64,000 nt of DNA from an uncultured Gemmatimonadaceae bacterium (GCA_963740355.1 CAVUDW010000003.1:1856001-1920000), one strand, 5' to 3'; shown: positions 41,311 through 52,500, counted from the stretch's first letter. Numbers and translations are program-made. Notes: a model not told the origin generated them from the letters alone.

Positions 41311-41718
41311 TCACACCATGTACAGCTCCCACTTGATCGCGTCCGGATCCTTGAACGCGACATACTCCTTGCCCAGCACTTCATCCGTCTTGACCCCGGT
41401 GGATTCGATACCCCACCCGGTGAGCGCCGAGGCAACACGATGCAGTTCGGCGACGTCTGCACAGGCCAGCGCGACGTGATCGAGGCCGACACGAAACGGA
41501 TCGAAGGCATCACCGGCCGCGGTCGTTGCGCCGGGCGCCCGGATCGCGAACGCAGTCTGCCCGGCAGCAAAGATGAGGATCTCAGGAGTCTCCAGCAGCG
41601 GGACGAACCCCAGCGTGTCGATGTAGAACATGCGCGCCCGCGGCAGGTCGGTGCAGCGGAGCGCGACGTGGTGCACGCCGGCGGTGACGATGTTGATGGA
41701 CGTGGGCGATTCTGACAT
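41311..41718 (-). CDS. VOC/glyoxalase family protein
   Basis: GVHHVALRCTDLPRARMFY, GLDHVALAC, FKDPDAIKWEL. Confidence 0.9.
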   Translation of the reverse strand: MSESPTSINIVTAGVHHVALRCTDLPRARMFYIDTLGFVPLLETPEILIFAAGQTAFAIRAPGATTAAGDAFDPFRVGLDHVALACADVAELHRVASALTGWGIESTGVKTDEVLGKEYVAFKDPDAIKWELYMV

Positions 41719-41806
41719 GGAGTGCTCCGTGCAAGCGTGAAATCTCGGGAGCGCCGACCGGACATTTCATCGACGCAAGGCTGCCACGCGTCTATACTGA
41801 CCGGCA

Positions 41807-41828
41807 CGTCTCACCTGCGTCTCACCTG
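41807..41828 (+). promoter_or_regulatory. Perfect 11-bp direct repeat (CGTCTCACCTG x2), candidate wHTH/SARP binding site
   Basis: Tandem 11-bp units in the divergent intergenic region, just upstream of the BTAD-kinase gene. Confidence 0.5.
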
Positions 41829-41839
41829 CGCGCCTCCCC

Positions 41840-44800
41840 ATGGCTGATCAGCCGCAGCGGCTCCGGCTGCGCACATTCGGTGGCCTGAGTCTCGACCGCG
41901 CCGGTTCGCCGATCGGTGGGGCGGGACAGCAGCCTCGCCGACTCGCGATTCTCGCACTCCTCGCCGCCGCTGGCGCCGGTGGCATGACGCGGGCGCGGCT
42001 ACTGGGATTGCTGTGGCCGGAGACGGATGAAGAGCGCGGGCGTCAGGCGCTCTCACAGGCGCTCTACGCGTTGCGCCGCGACTCGGGCGGTCAGTCGCTG
42101 GTGAAGGGGGCTTCGGAGATCCTTCGTCTCGATCCGGCCGTGATCTCGAGCGACGTCGGCGACTTGCTTGACGCAGCGAGTGCGGCCGACCATGTGCGCA
42201 TGGCAGCGTGTTATGTCGGCACGTTTCTCGACGGCGTGTACCTCACCGGCGCGCTGGGATTCGAGCGATGGGTTGAGGATACCCGCGCCAGGTTCGCCGC
42301 CCTCGCCGCTCGCGCGTTCGAGGCACTGGCGACCATTTCCGATGCCGCAGGGGATTACGCCGCGGCCGCCGGGTGGTGGCAGCGACTCACCGAGGTCGAC
42401 GCCCTGCAGACGCGCGCCGTGCTTGGGCTGGTGGCCGCACTGATCGCCAACGGAGAACGCGGCGCCGCGCTCGGCTACGCCGAGCGGTTCGCCAGACGCG
42501 TGCGAGAAGACACCGAGCGTGACGCCAATCCGGCCGTTGGAACTGTGATCCGACAACTGCGATCGGAACTGCAAATGGCCACGGAAATGACGGCGATTCC
42601 CGACGCCGAGCGTGTCGGATTCGAGAGCCGATATGTCCTCGGTCGTGAACTTGGTCGCGGCGGAATGGCGATCGTGTTCCTCGCACGCGACGTCCGACAT
42701 GACCGTGACGTGGCGGTGAAAATGTTGCACCCGGATGTTGCAGAAGCCCTGGGACGCGAGCGACTCGCGCGCGAGATCCGTGTCACCGCCGGGCTCCGGC
42801 ACCCGCACATCCTCCCGCTGTTCGATTCCGGTGAGATCGACGGAACTCCATACTTCGTCATGCCTTTTGTGGAGGGCGAGACACTCCGGGCAAGGCTCTC
42901 CCGAGATCACCGGATGTCGATCGACGACGCTGCCCGGCTTTGCCGCGAAGTGGCCGATGCGCTGGCACACGCACACGCGCGTGGCGTCGTGCATCGCGAC
43001 ATCAAGCCGGAGAACATCATGATCAGCGATGGTCATGCCATCATATGCGACTTCGGGATCGCACGGCTGTTGACGGATGCGGCACAGCCGCTGCTGACAC
43101 AAGTCGGCCTCTCGGCGGGAACGCCGGCGTACATGAGCCCCGAGCAATTCAGCGAGGATGCCGAGGTCGATGGCCACAGTGACGTCTATTCGCTGGCGTG
43201 CGTGATGTTCGAGATGCTTACCGGCCGGCCACCGTGGATCGCGGCCGCAGGTGAAGCATCGCGGCAGAAGCGGTTGGCCGAGACGCCGCCTCTCGTCACG
43301 GCGCTTCGCCCCGACGTGCCGTCGCGCATCGCAACACTGCTCGCGCGGGCGCTCCATCCCGAGCCGACTGAGCGCGGCGTCGATGCGATCGCATTCGCCG
43401 AGGCCCTCACCGGCGCGCTCCCGATCGCAGCAGAACCGTCCGTTGCCTCATTGCCGGAACCTCCCGGCGTGCTGGTGGGACGCGAGCGTGAACTCGCAGC
43501 GGCACGAGCGCTCATCACGCGACCTGACCTCCGCGTGCTGACGGTGACGGGCTCCGGTGGCGCGGGAAAGACGCGCGTCGCGCTTCGGCTGGCGCGTGAT
43601 CTGTCGACACATTTCGGCGGGGGTGTCCGCTTCGTCGATCTCTCCGCCGTGCGCGAGGCCGACGCGGTACTGCCGGCGATTGCAGCGTCACTCAACGCCC
43701 GTGAAGGCGAAGGGCGCTCGGCACTTGACGCGATCGTGCAGACAGTCGCGACACGACACATGCTTCTGCTGCTCGACAACTTCGAGCAGGTGATTGCGGG
43801 CGCACCGGCGCTCGCGCCGTTGCTCAGCCGATGTCCGCGACTGTCGCTGCTCGTCACCAGCCGAATCAGGCTTCGCATCAGAGGCGAGCACGAGTTCTTT
43901 CTATCGCCGCTTGCGCTGCCCGGTGCGGGCGTCAGGGCTGCGGCGGTGCTTCGCGAGAGTCCAGCGGTCGATCTTTTCCTCACGGTCGCGCGCGCGTCGA
44001 ATCCCACATTCGATCCCGACGATTCCGCGCTCGGTGTGATTGCGGACATCTGCACGAGGCTCGACGGTCTTCCGCTTGCGATCGAACTGGCAGCATCGCG
44101 ATGCCGTCTGTTGTCTCCTCGAGCCATCATCGCGCGGATGGACCGACGCTTCGACCTGCTTGTCGGTGGCGCGCGAGACCTCCCGTCGCGTCAGCAGACA
44201 CTGCGCAGCGCGATCGCATGGGGATACGACCTCCTGAGCGACGACGAACGGCTTGCACTCCGTGGGCTCTCGGTTTTCGCCGGCGGTGCAGCGCTCGACG
44301 ACGCGATGGCAGTGCTCGACCTCCCGGATGCACTGTTCCTCGAGACGGTCCAGTCGCTTGTCGACGCGTCCCTCATCAGGCGCGCCGAGGATCCAGACGG
44401 CGGAACGCGATTCGTGTTGCTCGAGAGTATCCGTGAGTTCTGTGTGGAGTTGAGTGTAGCGAGCGGCGAGGACCGTCGACTGCAAGAGCGGCACCTCGAA
44501 GTCTTCGCATCGCTTGCGACGTCACTGCCGGCCGCGATCGAGAGCGCGGATTCGACTCGCGCCCTCGCCCGCTTCGACCAGGAACGCGAGAATCTTCGGG
44601 CGGCACTCGACTACGCCGACCGCGCAGGGCACGAGGCCAGCTTTGCCCGGATGACGCTATGCTTGTGGCGCGCATGGTTGGTGCGCGGCGAGTGGGCAGA
44701 CGCACGGCGGCGATTGGCGCGCGCGATGCAGCTGTCCACCGTGACTGGCACCACGATCCACGCGGAACTGCTCAGCGCGGACGTGACGATAGCACAGAAC

Positions 44801-45631
44801 CAGGGCGAGTGCCTTACCGCTTTCGAATCGGCACAGCGCGCACTCGAGCTCTGGCGTCGTGCGGATGATCACGCAGGTGTGGCGCGGACCCTGGGCGTGA
44901 TGGGCTGGCTGGGATGGCGCCTCGGCGAATTCGCGGAGGCACGCCGCACGTCGGAGGAGAGCCTTGCGCTGCATCGTCGGCTTGGCGACTCCCGCGGCAT
45001 TGCCTTGGCGCTGTCGAACCTCGGCTGGATTGACCTCTCCCAGGGCAACGCGAGTGCAGCGGTGGTCTCGCTGGAGGAGAGTCTTGCTCGCCGTCGCCAG
45101 CTCCACGACGCACGCAATGTCGCCTTTACGCTGACCGTGCTCGGTTGGGCACGTTTGCGCAATCGGGAGCCCGCTCTCGCCGGCGTGATCCTGTCGGAGG
45201 CATGCACGATGTTCAACGAGCTCGGTGAGCGTCAGCTGCTGGCGTTCAACGTGTGCATCCGCGCCGAACGCGAATTCGTCTTGGGCAACGGCGCCGCAGC
45301 GCACCACCTGCTCTCATCGGACGCAATTCCTCAATTCAGGAAGATCGGCGACCGCTGGGGCCTGGCCTTCGCACTGGGAATCCTGACGGATGTGTTGGCC
45401 GCTCTCGGACGCCACGACGAGGCGCATGCCGCGCTAGCCGAATGCCGCACGATTTGCGAAGCCATCGGTGATCGCCTTGGCATGATGCACGCCGACACAC
45501 GCAAAGCCAGACGGCTGCGGCTGCAGGGCGATGAGCTCGACGTTCACCAGCAGCTGGCAAGCCGAATACAGGCCGAGGCACTCGCGATGGGCGTCCCGGA
45601 TCCATTCGGGGCTGACCGCACGCTTCCGTGA
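41840..45631 (+). CDS. Multidomain regulator: wHTH-BTAD + Ser/Thr kinase + AfsR-like STAND NTPase + TPR
   Basis: LRTFGG/LLWPE/LSQALYALRR; LGRGGMAIVF, HRDIKPEN, DFG, GTPAYMSPE; LVGREREL, GSGGAGKTR, LLLDNFEQV, LDGLPLAIELAA; TPR tail. Confidence 0.9.
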   Translation: MADQPQRLRLRTFGGLSLDRAGSPIGGAGQQPRRLAILALLAAAGAGGMTRARLLGLLWPETDEERGRQALSQALYALRRDSGGQSLVKGASEILRLDPAVISSDVGDLLDAASAADHVRMAACYVGTFLDGVYLTGALGFERWVEDTRARFAALAARAFEALATISDAAGDYAAAAGWWQRLTEVDALQTRAVLGLVAALIANGERGAALGYAERFARRVREDTERDANPAVGTVIRQLRSELQMATEMTAIPDAERVGFESRYVLGRELGRGGMAIVFLARDVRHDRDVAVKMLHPDVAEALGRERLAREIRVTAGLRHPHILPLFDSGEIDGTPYFVMPFVEGETLRARLSRDHRMSIDDAARLCREVADALAHAHARGVVHRDIKPENIMISDGHAIICDFGIARLLTDAAQPLLTQVGLSAGTPAYMSPEQFSEDAEVDGHSDVYSLACVMFEMLTGRPPWIAAAGEASRQKRLAETPPLVTALRPDVPSRIATLLARALHPEPTERGVDAIAFAEALTGALPIAAEPSVASLPEPPGVLVGRERELAAARALITRPDLRVLTVTGSGGAGKTRVALRLARDLSTHFGGGVRFVDLSAVREADAVLPAIAASLNAREGEGRSALDAIVQTVATRHMLLLLDNFEQVIAGAPALAPLLSRCPRLSLLVTSRIRLRIRGEHEFFLSPLALPGAGVRAAAVLRESPAVDLFLTVARASNPTFDPDDSALGVIADICTRLDGLPLAIELAASRCRLLSPRAIIARMDRRFDLLVGGARDLPSRQQTLRSAIAWGYDLLSDDERLALRGLSVFAGGAALDDAMAVLDLPDALFLETVQSLVDASLIRRAEDPDGGTRFVLLESIREFCVELSVASGEDRRLQERHLEVFASLATSLPAAIESADSTRALARFDQERENLRAALDYADRAGHEASFARMTLCLWRAWLVRGEWADARRRLARAMQLSTVTGTTIHAELLSADVTIAQNQGECLTAFESAQRALELWRRADDHAGVARTLGVMGWLGWRLGEFAEARRTSEESLALHRRLGDSRGIALALSNLGWIDLSQGNASAAVVSLEESLARRRQLHDARNVAFTLTVLGWARLRNREPALAGVILSEACTMFNELGERQLLAFNVCIRAEREFVLGNGAAAHHLLSSDAIPQFRKIGDRWGLAFALGILTDVLAALGRHDEAHAALAECRTICEAIGDRLGMMHADTRKARRLRLQGDELDVHQQLASRIQAEALAMGVPDPFGADRTLP

Positions 45632-45649
45632 GTGTGCGAGAGTAGCAAG

Positions 45650-45702
45650 TCGGTGACGGTACACCGAATTCGGGGAGCGCGAAAACGGGGTACGTCCCCA
45701 TA
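45650..45702. repeat. Degenerate REP-like palindromes (TCGGTGACGGTACACCGA; GGGGTACGTCCCC)
   Basis: Short hairpins after the regulator stop. The first shares CGGTGAC with the elements at 22263 and 47210. Confidence 0.4.
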
Positions 45703-45748
45703 AATCGCCCCCTGAGCCCAAGGAGCCCGTGCCCATGGGTCGTCGCAC

Positions 45749-45776
45749 TTGACGCATTCCGTTATGGGAATATGTT
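45749..45776 (+). promoter_or_regulatory. Promoter and ArsR operator (ATTCC-N6-GGAAT)
   Basis: TTGACG-16 bp-TATGTT enclosing the inverted repeat at 45756-45771; ATG follows 9 nt later. Confidence 0.65.
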
Positions 45777-45784
45777 TCCGCCAC

Positions 45785-46120
45785 ATGCCACGCGCTGCCA
45801 CGACTTCCGACCCGTTCAACGCCATCGCCGAGCCTCGCCGACGTGCGCTTCTCACGCTGTTGGCCGATGCCGAGCGGCCTGTGGCTGAGATCGCCGATGA
45901 GTTGGGCATGGCACAGCCGTCTGTCTCAAAGCACCTGCGCGTGCTGCTCGACGTGGGGCTGGTCGAGGTGCGCAGGGAGGGGCGGCACGCCTACTACCGC
46001 ACCAATCCTGAACGGATCAAGGCCGTGCACGACTGGACACGCACGTTCGAGCAGTACTGGCAGCACCAGCTGTCGCGCATCAAGACGCGTGCAGAACGCA
46101 CTCCCTCCCCGAAGACCTGA
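45785..46120 (+). CDS. ArsR/SmtB family transcriptional regulator
   Basis: DPFNAIAEPRRRALL, QPSVSKHLRVL, GLVEVRREGR. Confidence 0.92.
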   Translation: MPRAATTSDPFNAIAEPRRRALLTLLADAERPVAEIADELGMAQPSVSKHLRVLLDVGLVEVRREGRHAYYRTNPERIKAVHDWTRTFEQYWQHQLSRIKTRAERTPSPKT

Positions 46121-46141
46121 CGCATTCCCGGAGATTCCAGC

Positions 46142-46594
46142 ATGGTCAGCATCGCTTCACCACTCGATGAGCTCACCCTCGACGTCTCGCTCGAAACACG
46201 CGTTGCCGCCTCGATCGACGACACCTTCTCCGCCCTGCTCGAGGAGCTCGGCCCGCACAATGTCGGCATGAGCCAGGCGCCGATGCCGATGGTGCTCGAA
46301 GCACACCCCGGTGGCCGGTGGTATCGCGACCTCGGTGACGGGAATGGGCACTGTTGGGGCATCGTCCAGGCGATCCGGCGACCCGCGCTGCTCGAGATCA
46401 ACGGCCCGCTGATGATGTCGTTCGCGGTCGCGTCGAACGTGCAGTACCGCCTCAAGAGCGATGGCAGCGAGACCGTGATCTCATTCCGACACACGGCGCT
46501 TGGCCTCTTTCCTGACGGCTACCGCGAAAACCTCACCGCTGGATGGACTGCCATTGGCGAGCGAGTGCAGAAGCGCGTCTCGAGCGATCGCTGA
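46142..46594 (+). CDS. SRPBCC (AHSA1/CalC-like) domain protein
   Basis: LEAHPGGRWYRDLG, WGIVQAI, GPLMMS, GW near the C-terminus; typical ArsR-SRPBCC context. Confidence 0.85.
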   Translation: MVSIASPLDELTLDVSLETRVAASIDDTFSALLEELGPHNVGMSQAPMPMVLEAHPGGRWYRDLGDGNGHCWGIVQAIRRPALLEINGPLMMSFAVASNVQYRLKSDGSETVISFRHTALGLFPDGYRENLTAGWTAIGERVQKRVSSDR

Positions 46595-46617
46595 TCACCC
46601 CTCAAACGCATTCCTCC

Positions 46618-47115
46618 ATGTCAATCGCACAGACGATCATTCAGGAGCTCGAGATGGAAGCGGCAACGACACGCCGCGTCCTGGAGCGTGTGCCCGAGGA
46701 GAACTTCGCATGGGCACCCCATGCGAAGTCGCGCACGCTGGGCGAGCTGGCCATGCACATCGCCGGCAACCCGGGCGGCGTGATGACCCTCGCGTCGCAG
46801 AATCCCGCAGAGATCCCTGGTTTCGGTGATGTCACGCCGCATTCCACCGCTGAAATCGTGGCAACCCTCGACGCGAGCGTCGCGGAGGCACGCCGCCTGC
46901 TCGAAGGCATGTCCGATGCGCAGCTCACGGAACAGTGGCGCGTGGTCGCCAACGGCAGGGAGATCATGGCCGTGCCGCGCATGGCGTTCCTTCGCTCGGT
47001 GCTCCTGAACCACTGGTATCACCATCGTGGGCAGCTCTCGGTGTACCTGCGCGAGCTCGACGTGCCAGTGCCGTCGATCTACGGACCGAGCGCGGACGAG
47101 AATCCGTTTCAGTGA
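46618..47115 (+). CDS. DinB family protein
   Basis: TTRRVLERVPE, WAPHAKSRTLGELAMHIA, NHWYHHRGQLSVYLR, PSIYGPSADE. Confidence 0.92.
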   Translation: MSIAQTIIQELEMEAATTRRVLERVPEENFAWAPHAKSRTLGELAMHIAGNPGGVMTLASQNPAEIPGFGDVTPHSTAEIVATLDASVAEARRLLEGMSDAQLTEQWRVVANGREIMAVPRMAFLRSVLLNHWYHHRGQLSVYLRELDVPVPSIYGPSADENPFQ

Positions 47116-47209
47116 AGTGATTCGCGGTTGGCGCAGGCGTGCGGTCGCTGGCGGCCGTGCCATCCGCCGCTGTCGCTCGGGGAGGTCGCTCAGGGTCGGC
47201 GGCGTTAAG

Positions 47210-47264
47210 GCGGTGACAGTGCCTGGGGAAGAGCGGTGACAGTGCCTGAGTGCACTGTCACCGC
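47210..47264. repeat. REP-like element, second copy (two direct GCGGTGACAGTGC plus one inverted)
   Basis: Units at 47210-47222 and 47233-47245, inverted unit at 47252-47264; same core and layout as 22263-22346. Confidence 0.85.
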
Positions 47265-47406
47265 TTCTGCTTTCCACGCTTTCGGCCGGCGACTCACACA
47301 CCATGGCGGCACCAGCCCCCTGGGGCAGAGAGGTCAGCCGCTTCATTCAATCCCGAGGGACCCGACCCGCCGAACTTCTCGTCATCACCCTTCAGCGAGG
47401 TCACAG

Positions 47407-48012
47407 ATGATGAAGCGACTGGTCGTACTCGGGATCCTGATGGCGAGTGTCACGCAACCGACCGCGGCGCAGCGCCGTGACCGCACCATGGTGGCGGGTA
47501 TCCGATCGGGATTGATCGCCGGGTCCATGCGGCTCTCCCGGCTCGATGCGGCCTTTGGCGACCTGGCGAACGACGGGCCCTCGGGACCGCACATGTCCGG
47601 CTTCTACCTGCTCGTGCCGGTGCGCTCACACCTGCGGATTGGCGTCGAAACACTGGTGGGCAATTCCAATCAGGAGGCCACCACGACCATGAACTATCAG
47701 GCAGCCGGACCAGTGGTGGAGCTGACCTATGGCGACACATGGTTCGTCGCCGGTGGTGTTCACGCCGGCGGCGTCATCGTCAACGCGATGTCGCGTACCG
47801 AAGCCACGCCGACGTCCGGAGCCACCCGCGGCTCGTACTTCAAGGCCAACGGCGGGTTCGCCGCTCCGTACGCGGATGTGGGGTATCGCCTTCGGCGCGG
47901 CGAGGTGGGTGTGTATGTCAAACGCGCTGCGATGTTCGGCGCGAAGGATCGCGGTGGTCTTTCGCCGTTCAGCGCGACATTCGTCGGCGTACGGTTTGGA
48001 ATCCGACTGTAG
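47407..48012 (+). CDS. Hypothetical outer-membrane beta-barrel protein
   Basis: Signal peptide, alternating beta-strand pattern, C-terminal FVGVRFGIRL. Confidence 0.65.
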   Translation: MMKRLVVLGILMASVTQPTAAQRRDRTMVAGIRSGLIAGSMRLSRLDAAFGDLANDGPSGPHMSGFYLLVPVRSHLRIGVETLVGNSNQEATTTMNYQAAGPVVELTYGDTWFVAGGVHAGGVIVNAMSRTEATPTSGATRGSYFKANGGFAAPYADVGYRLRRGEVGVYVKRAAMFGAKDRGGLSPFSATFVGVRFGIRL

Positions 48013-48025
48013 AGACCTCCCGACC

Positions 48026-49045
48026 ATGAAATGGATTCGTCGCTCCATCATCGCGGTGCTCCTGCTGACGGCAATCGGAGTTGGCGCCGCGTACCGCAGT
48101 GCGCTTCGATCGACGCGCCCCGTTGGCTTCCAGGTGCTGCGCACCACGGACGCAACCGGTCAGCCGTTCCCAATCGGCGTCTGGTACCCGACCGACGCGC
48201 GACCGTGGCCTACGACGCAAGTGGGGAACGTGCTGATGAACGTGGCGCGCAACGCGACGGTGGCGGGAGATTCCCTGCCGTTGGTGGTGTTCTCGCATGG
48301 AAACGGTGGGAGCCTTGCCAGTCACGCCGACCTCGCGATGGCCCTCGCCGGCGCCGGGTATGTCGTCGCTGCACCGATGCATGTGGGTGACAATTTCGCT
48401 GACCACGCACGCACAGGACGGGCGACGTTGTTTCACGAACGCGCCAGCCAACTGCGCGCGGCCGTCACCGCCATGCTGACGCAGTGGCCAGGGCACGAGC
48501 ACATCGATGGCACGCGCATCGGCGCCTTCGGATTCTCGGCAGGTGGCTTCGCCGTGCTTGGCATGGCAGGCGCGCAACCGGATCTGCGCCGCGTGGCCAC
48601 GCACTGTGCAACCAGACCGGAGTTCATCTGTCAGGTGCTGCGTGCGTCGGGCTCTCCACTCGTCAATGGCTCCGGCCCTCCGACCCTGCCACCATTCGAG
48701 CCGGACCGGCGCGTGCGCGCCATCGTGCTCGCGGCGCCCGGCCTTGGTTTCACAGTGGACTCCGCGGCCGCGCGCGGCGTGACGGTGCCTGTCCAGCTCT
48801 GGAGTGGTCGCGCCGATGAATCTGTGCCATTCGCGACCAACGCGCAGCCACTCAGCCTCGCACTAGGTCAGCGCGTGGAGCTCCATCAGGTGCCACACGC
48901 GACTCACCTGTCGTTTCTCGTGCCATGCGGATTATTGCGGCCGCCTGGACTCTGCGATGATCCAGACGGATTTGATCGGCGCGCGTTTCACGAGATGATG
49001 AACGAAAGCGTGGTCGCCTTCTTCAACGCACACCTTGGTCGTTGA
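48026..49045 (+). CDS. Alpha/beta hydrolase (predicted dienelactone hydrolase family)
   Basis: GVWYPT, PLVVFSHGNGG, GFSAGG, DRRVRAIV, HLSFLVPC, DRRAFH. Confidence 0.85.
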   Translation: MKWIRRSIIAVLLLTAIGVGAAYRSALRSTRPVGFQVLRTTDATGQPFPIGVWYPTDARPWPTTQVGNVLMNVARNATVAGDSLPLVVFSHGNGGSLASHADLAMALAGAGYVVAAPMHVGDNFADHARTGRATLFHERASQLRAAVTAMLTQWPGHEHIDGTRIGAFGFSAGGFAVLGMAGAQPDLRRVATHCATRPEFICQVLRASGSPLVNGSGPPTLPPFEPDRRVRAIVLAAPGLGFTVDSAAARGVTVPVQLWSGRADESVPFATNAQPLSLALGQRVELHQVPHATHLSFLVPCGLLRPPGLCDDPDGFDRRAFHEMMNESVVAFFNAHLGR

Positions 49046-49057
49046 GGATTCCTCGGC

Positions 49058-49489
49058 TCATTGCTGGCTCGGCCGCAACGCGACTCGCCGCCGCCACACG
49101 AGGATCGCGAGGTAAACCGGTGCCGCCATGTCATAGGCGCCGCACCAGACGGGCCACCATGACGGCACGCCGGGATTCGATACGATCCCGTCATGGAAGA
49201 CGTCCATGACCCCGTGGGCGGCGAGGCCAGCCATCACGATCCGGAGGTCGCGTCGATAGCCCCAGGCGGAGAATGCCGCGAATCCCGCGAAGATGAGCAG
49301 CTCGGGGCCAAGCGCCGAGTACGCTCCTGACATGACGGCAAACAGGATGTAGTACGACGCGATGACCACCAAGGCCGTCGGGTAGAATGCGCGCTCCCGA
49401 TCCAGCCCGGTCATCGTGCCATAAATCCCGACTGCCAAGGCGCACGCGACGCCGATGAGAGAGGCAATCACGTCCGAGCATACCTTCAC
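49058..49489 (-). CDS. Hypothetical membrane protein
   Basis: GLDRERAFYPTALVVIASYY, AAHGVMDVFH, NPGVPSWWP; four TM segments. Confidence 0.75.
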   Translation of the reverse strand: MKVCSDVIASLIGVACALAVGIYGTMTGLDRERAFYPTALVVIASYYILFAVMSGAYSALGPELLIFAGFAAFSAWGYRRDLRIVMAGLAAHGVMDVFHDGIVSNPGVPSWWPVWCGAYDMAAPVYLAILVWRRRVALRPSQQ

Positions 49490-49522
49490 CGAGTCCGCCA
49501 GACAACCCGGTGTTGTTACCGA

Positions 49523-52500
49523 TCAGGGCATCGCCGCGATCGCCGCCTCGATCCGCCGCGCGAATGCGATCGGCTGAATCTCCTTCCCTTCGAACATCCA
49601 CTGGTTCAGCACCGCCACCGTGCGCGTCTTCGGAAACACGAAGACATACTGGCCACCGTACCCCCAGCCGAAGTAGGCGCCGGGATCCTGCAGCACGCCG
49701 GGGCCGACGGTCCACCACATCAAGCCGTAGTTGATTCTGGCGGGCGGTTGCCCCGGCGTCGCCGGCCGCTGGCCACGCACGGCGTCCGCCACCCACTCCG
49801 CGCTCACGAGTCGCGTGCCGTTCCACAGCCCTTGATCGAGCATCAGCTGGCCAAGTTTTGCGAGGTCGGCGGGCTCGAGGTAGAGCCCCCCTTCGGAATC
49901 GGTCAGTCCACCCGATGATCGCTTCCACTGAAAGCGGGTGATGCCGAGCGGTGCGAACAGGTGCTGCGCGGCATACACCTGCAGGTCCACGCCGGTGGCT
50001 CCGCGGAACACCTCGGCCAGCAATGCGGCGGCACCATCGTTGTAGTGGTACGTACGCGCCTGGAACGGTGTCCATCGGCTGCGCGAGCACCATCGAGACC
50101 CAGTCGGCGCTGTTCTCCATGCGCTGCGTGATGTCGTCGTCACTGCCATACCCGCCGCCCTCGGGCCAGCGGATGCCGGACGTCATCGTCAGCAGATGGC
50201 GAATGGTGATCGTCTTCCGCAGCGAATCGCGGAAGGCGTCAGCGTGCGCCGGGATGAACCGCGCGATCGGCTGATCGATCGTGGTGATGTCCTTGCGCGC
50301 GAGGGCCACGCCGTAGACCAGGGAGACGATGCTCTTGGTCACCGATTGCAATGTGTGGAGCGGGCGTCCCTGATAGAACGGATGCCAGCTCGGGTCCTGG
50401 TAGTTGTACGCGCCTGGCGGCGCCTTCATCGGATACACGCCGTCGTAGTTGCGCGCGAAGGTGCGCGAGTGCAACGGCATCCCATTGCGTTGCACAAAGA
50501 GTGCATCGACGTAGCCGAAGTCGCCGCGTGCCATGGAGTCGGCAAGCGCCGTCAGTGCCGGTGATGGAACGGCCGGCGCGGGCGCCACGCAACAGGCGGC
50601 ATCGCGCTGCCGGGCAAACCAGTCCGTGATGTAGGCCACCTTCGCGATGTGGTGACTGGGCCGACTGCGTGCCCCATGCGGTTCGCCGGGCAGGCGCACC
50701 AGTTCCGTGGGAACGCCTCGCAGGCGCAGGGCCGTGAACCACTCCTCGGATTGCCCGAATGGCGTGCGATAGTCGCCGTCGCCACCCATCACCAACGTTG
50801 GCGTCTGCACACTGGCGACGCGCGACAGCGGCGACTGCGCCCAGTAGTGCGTCGGGTTCTCCCACGGTGCGCCGCGCAGCCAGTGCCCCTGAAAGTGTGA
50901 GCCGTTGTCGGCCGTCAGCACCTCACTGGTCCAGTCGATGACGGGATAGAGCACCGCTGCGGCGCGGAAGCGATTGGTGCGCGCTGTCAGCCACGCCGTC
51001 AGCAGTCCGCCGCCGCTGCCTCCCGTGACGTACAGTTGCGCCGGATCCGCCAGGCCGCGCGCCACGACTGAATCGACCGCCGTCAGCAGGTCATCTGCGT
51101 CGTCACCGGGATACGTCTTGTCGATCATCCGTGCGAACGCTTCGCCGTAACTGGTGGAGCCGCGAGGATTGACGTAGAGCACCACGTATCCCTGCGCGGC
51201 CATCCACTGCTTCTCGATGTCGAAACGATCGCCGTAGGCGGCGAAGGGGCCGCCGTGAATCTCGAGGATCATCGGATACTTCTTGCCCGATGTGTAGCCG
51301 GGTGGCGTGATGATCCACGACTGGAATCGCTGGCCGTCCTTCGACGACGCCGCCCAGAACGACGAGACCTGCCCGACCTGGCGTTCGGCAAGGACGTCGT
51401 CGTTGACGGCCGTCAACCGCTTCGCCGGTGCACCTGCCGCGGCAGCGAACCAGACGTCGCCCGGTGACGTTGGCGACCCTCGCGTGAGCGCGAGAGCACC
51501 GCTGGGGCTCTGCGAATATGCCTGCCCGCCACCGTACGCTTCGAGATCGCTGGCGAGCGAGTCAGCCATCAACGCCGTTGTACCATCGAGCGTGATGCGC
51601 CACAGTCCGGCGCGACCTTCACGATCGGCAAGGAGCAGCAGACCACTGCCGTCGGGGAGCCAGGCCGGGTTCTCGGTGGCGGCGTCAAACTTTGCCGACA
51701 GCAGCCGCGGTTTCGCATCGCCGCTGCGCGGGATCAACCAGAGCCGTGGTTGCGTCCACGCGTGCCCGGAATCCGCGACGCTGACGAATGCGAGCCACTT
51801 GCCGTCGGGTGAGATGGCGGGCGAGCGATTCGTCCCGCGCCGACGGAACAGTGGCGTCACGACACCATCGGCGACACGCACCTCGAACAGGTCAGACGAG
51901 CGTGACGTCAGATCTGGTGACGGATTGCCGTTCGCCGTAACGATGAGCGCAGCGCCGTCAGGCGTCCAGATGCCAGGCGTCGCGCCATACGCACGTCCGT
52001 ACTGCAGCGCGCCGCCGGAGGTGATCTGTCGCGCCGTGCCACCGGTTGAGGGCATGACGAACAGTTCAGCGCGACCGGCCGGCAGCAGTCCCACGCCATC
52101 GCTGCGGTACCGCACATCGGCTGCCACCACCGCGGGTGGTGCCCACGTCGCTCCGGCTGGCGCCGCTGGCATTCCCGCCGGTACGTGCGACGGCGCCGCG
52201 ACGAGCATCGCAAACGCGATCCGCGATCCATCGCGCGAGAGCGCGAACCACTCCGGTGTCGATGGCAGCTTCGCCAGCCGCACCGTCTGCTCGCTGCCCA
52301 CATCGCGACGGAACAGTTGCGTCGTGCCATCCACGCTCGATAGGTAGATGACGGCATCGCCGGCCGGCGTCCACTGCGGCGCTCGATCATTCCCGTCGCC
52401 CGCGGTCAGGCGTCGATGCATCGATCCATCCGCGTTCACCATCCAGAGCTGCGTCACCTCACGGTCGCGCATGATGTCGAAGCTCTTGCGCACGTACACC

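Noticed and set aside
42053..43357. 434-aa minus-strand ORF
   Set aside because: Antisense shadow of the BTAD-kinase gene.
49191..50050. Arg-rich C-terminal tail of the 1193-aa ORF
   Set aside because: Out-of-frame read-through after the frameshift; the true domain continues in the 49523-50149 frame.
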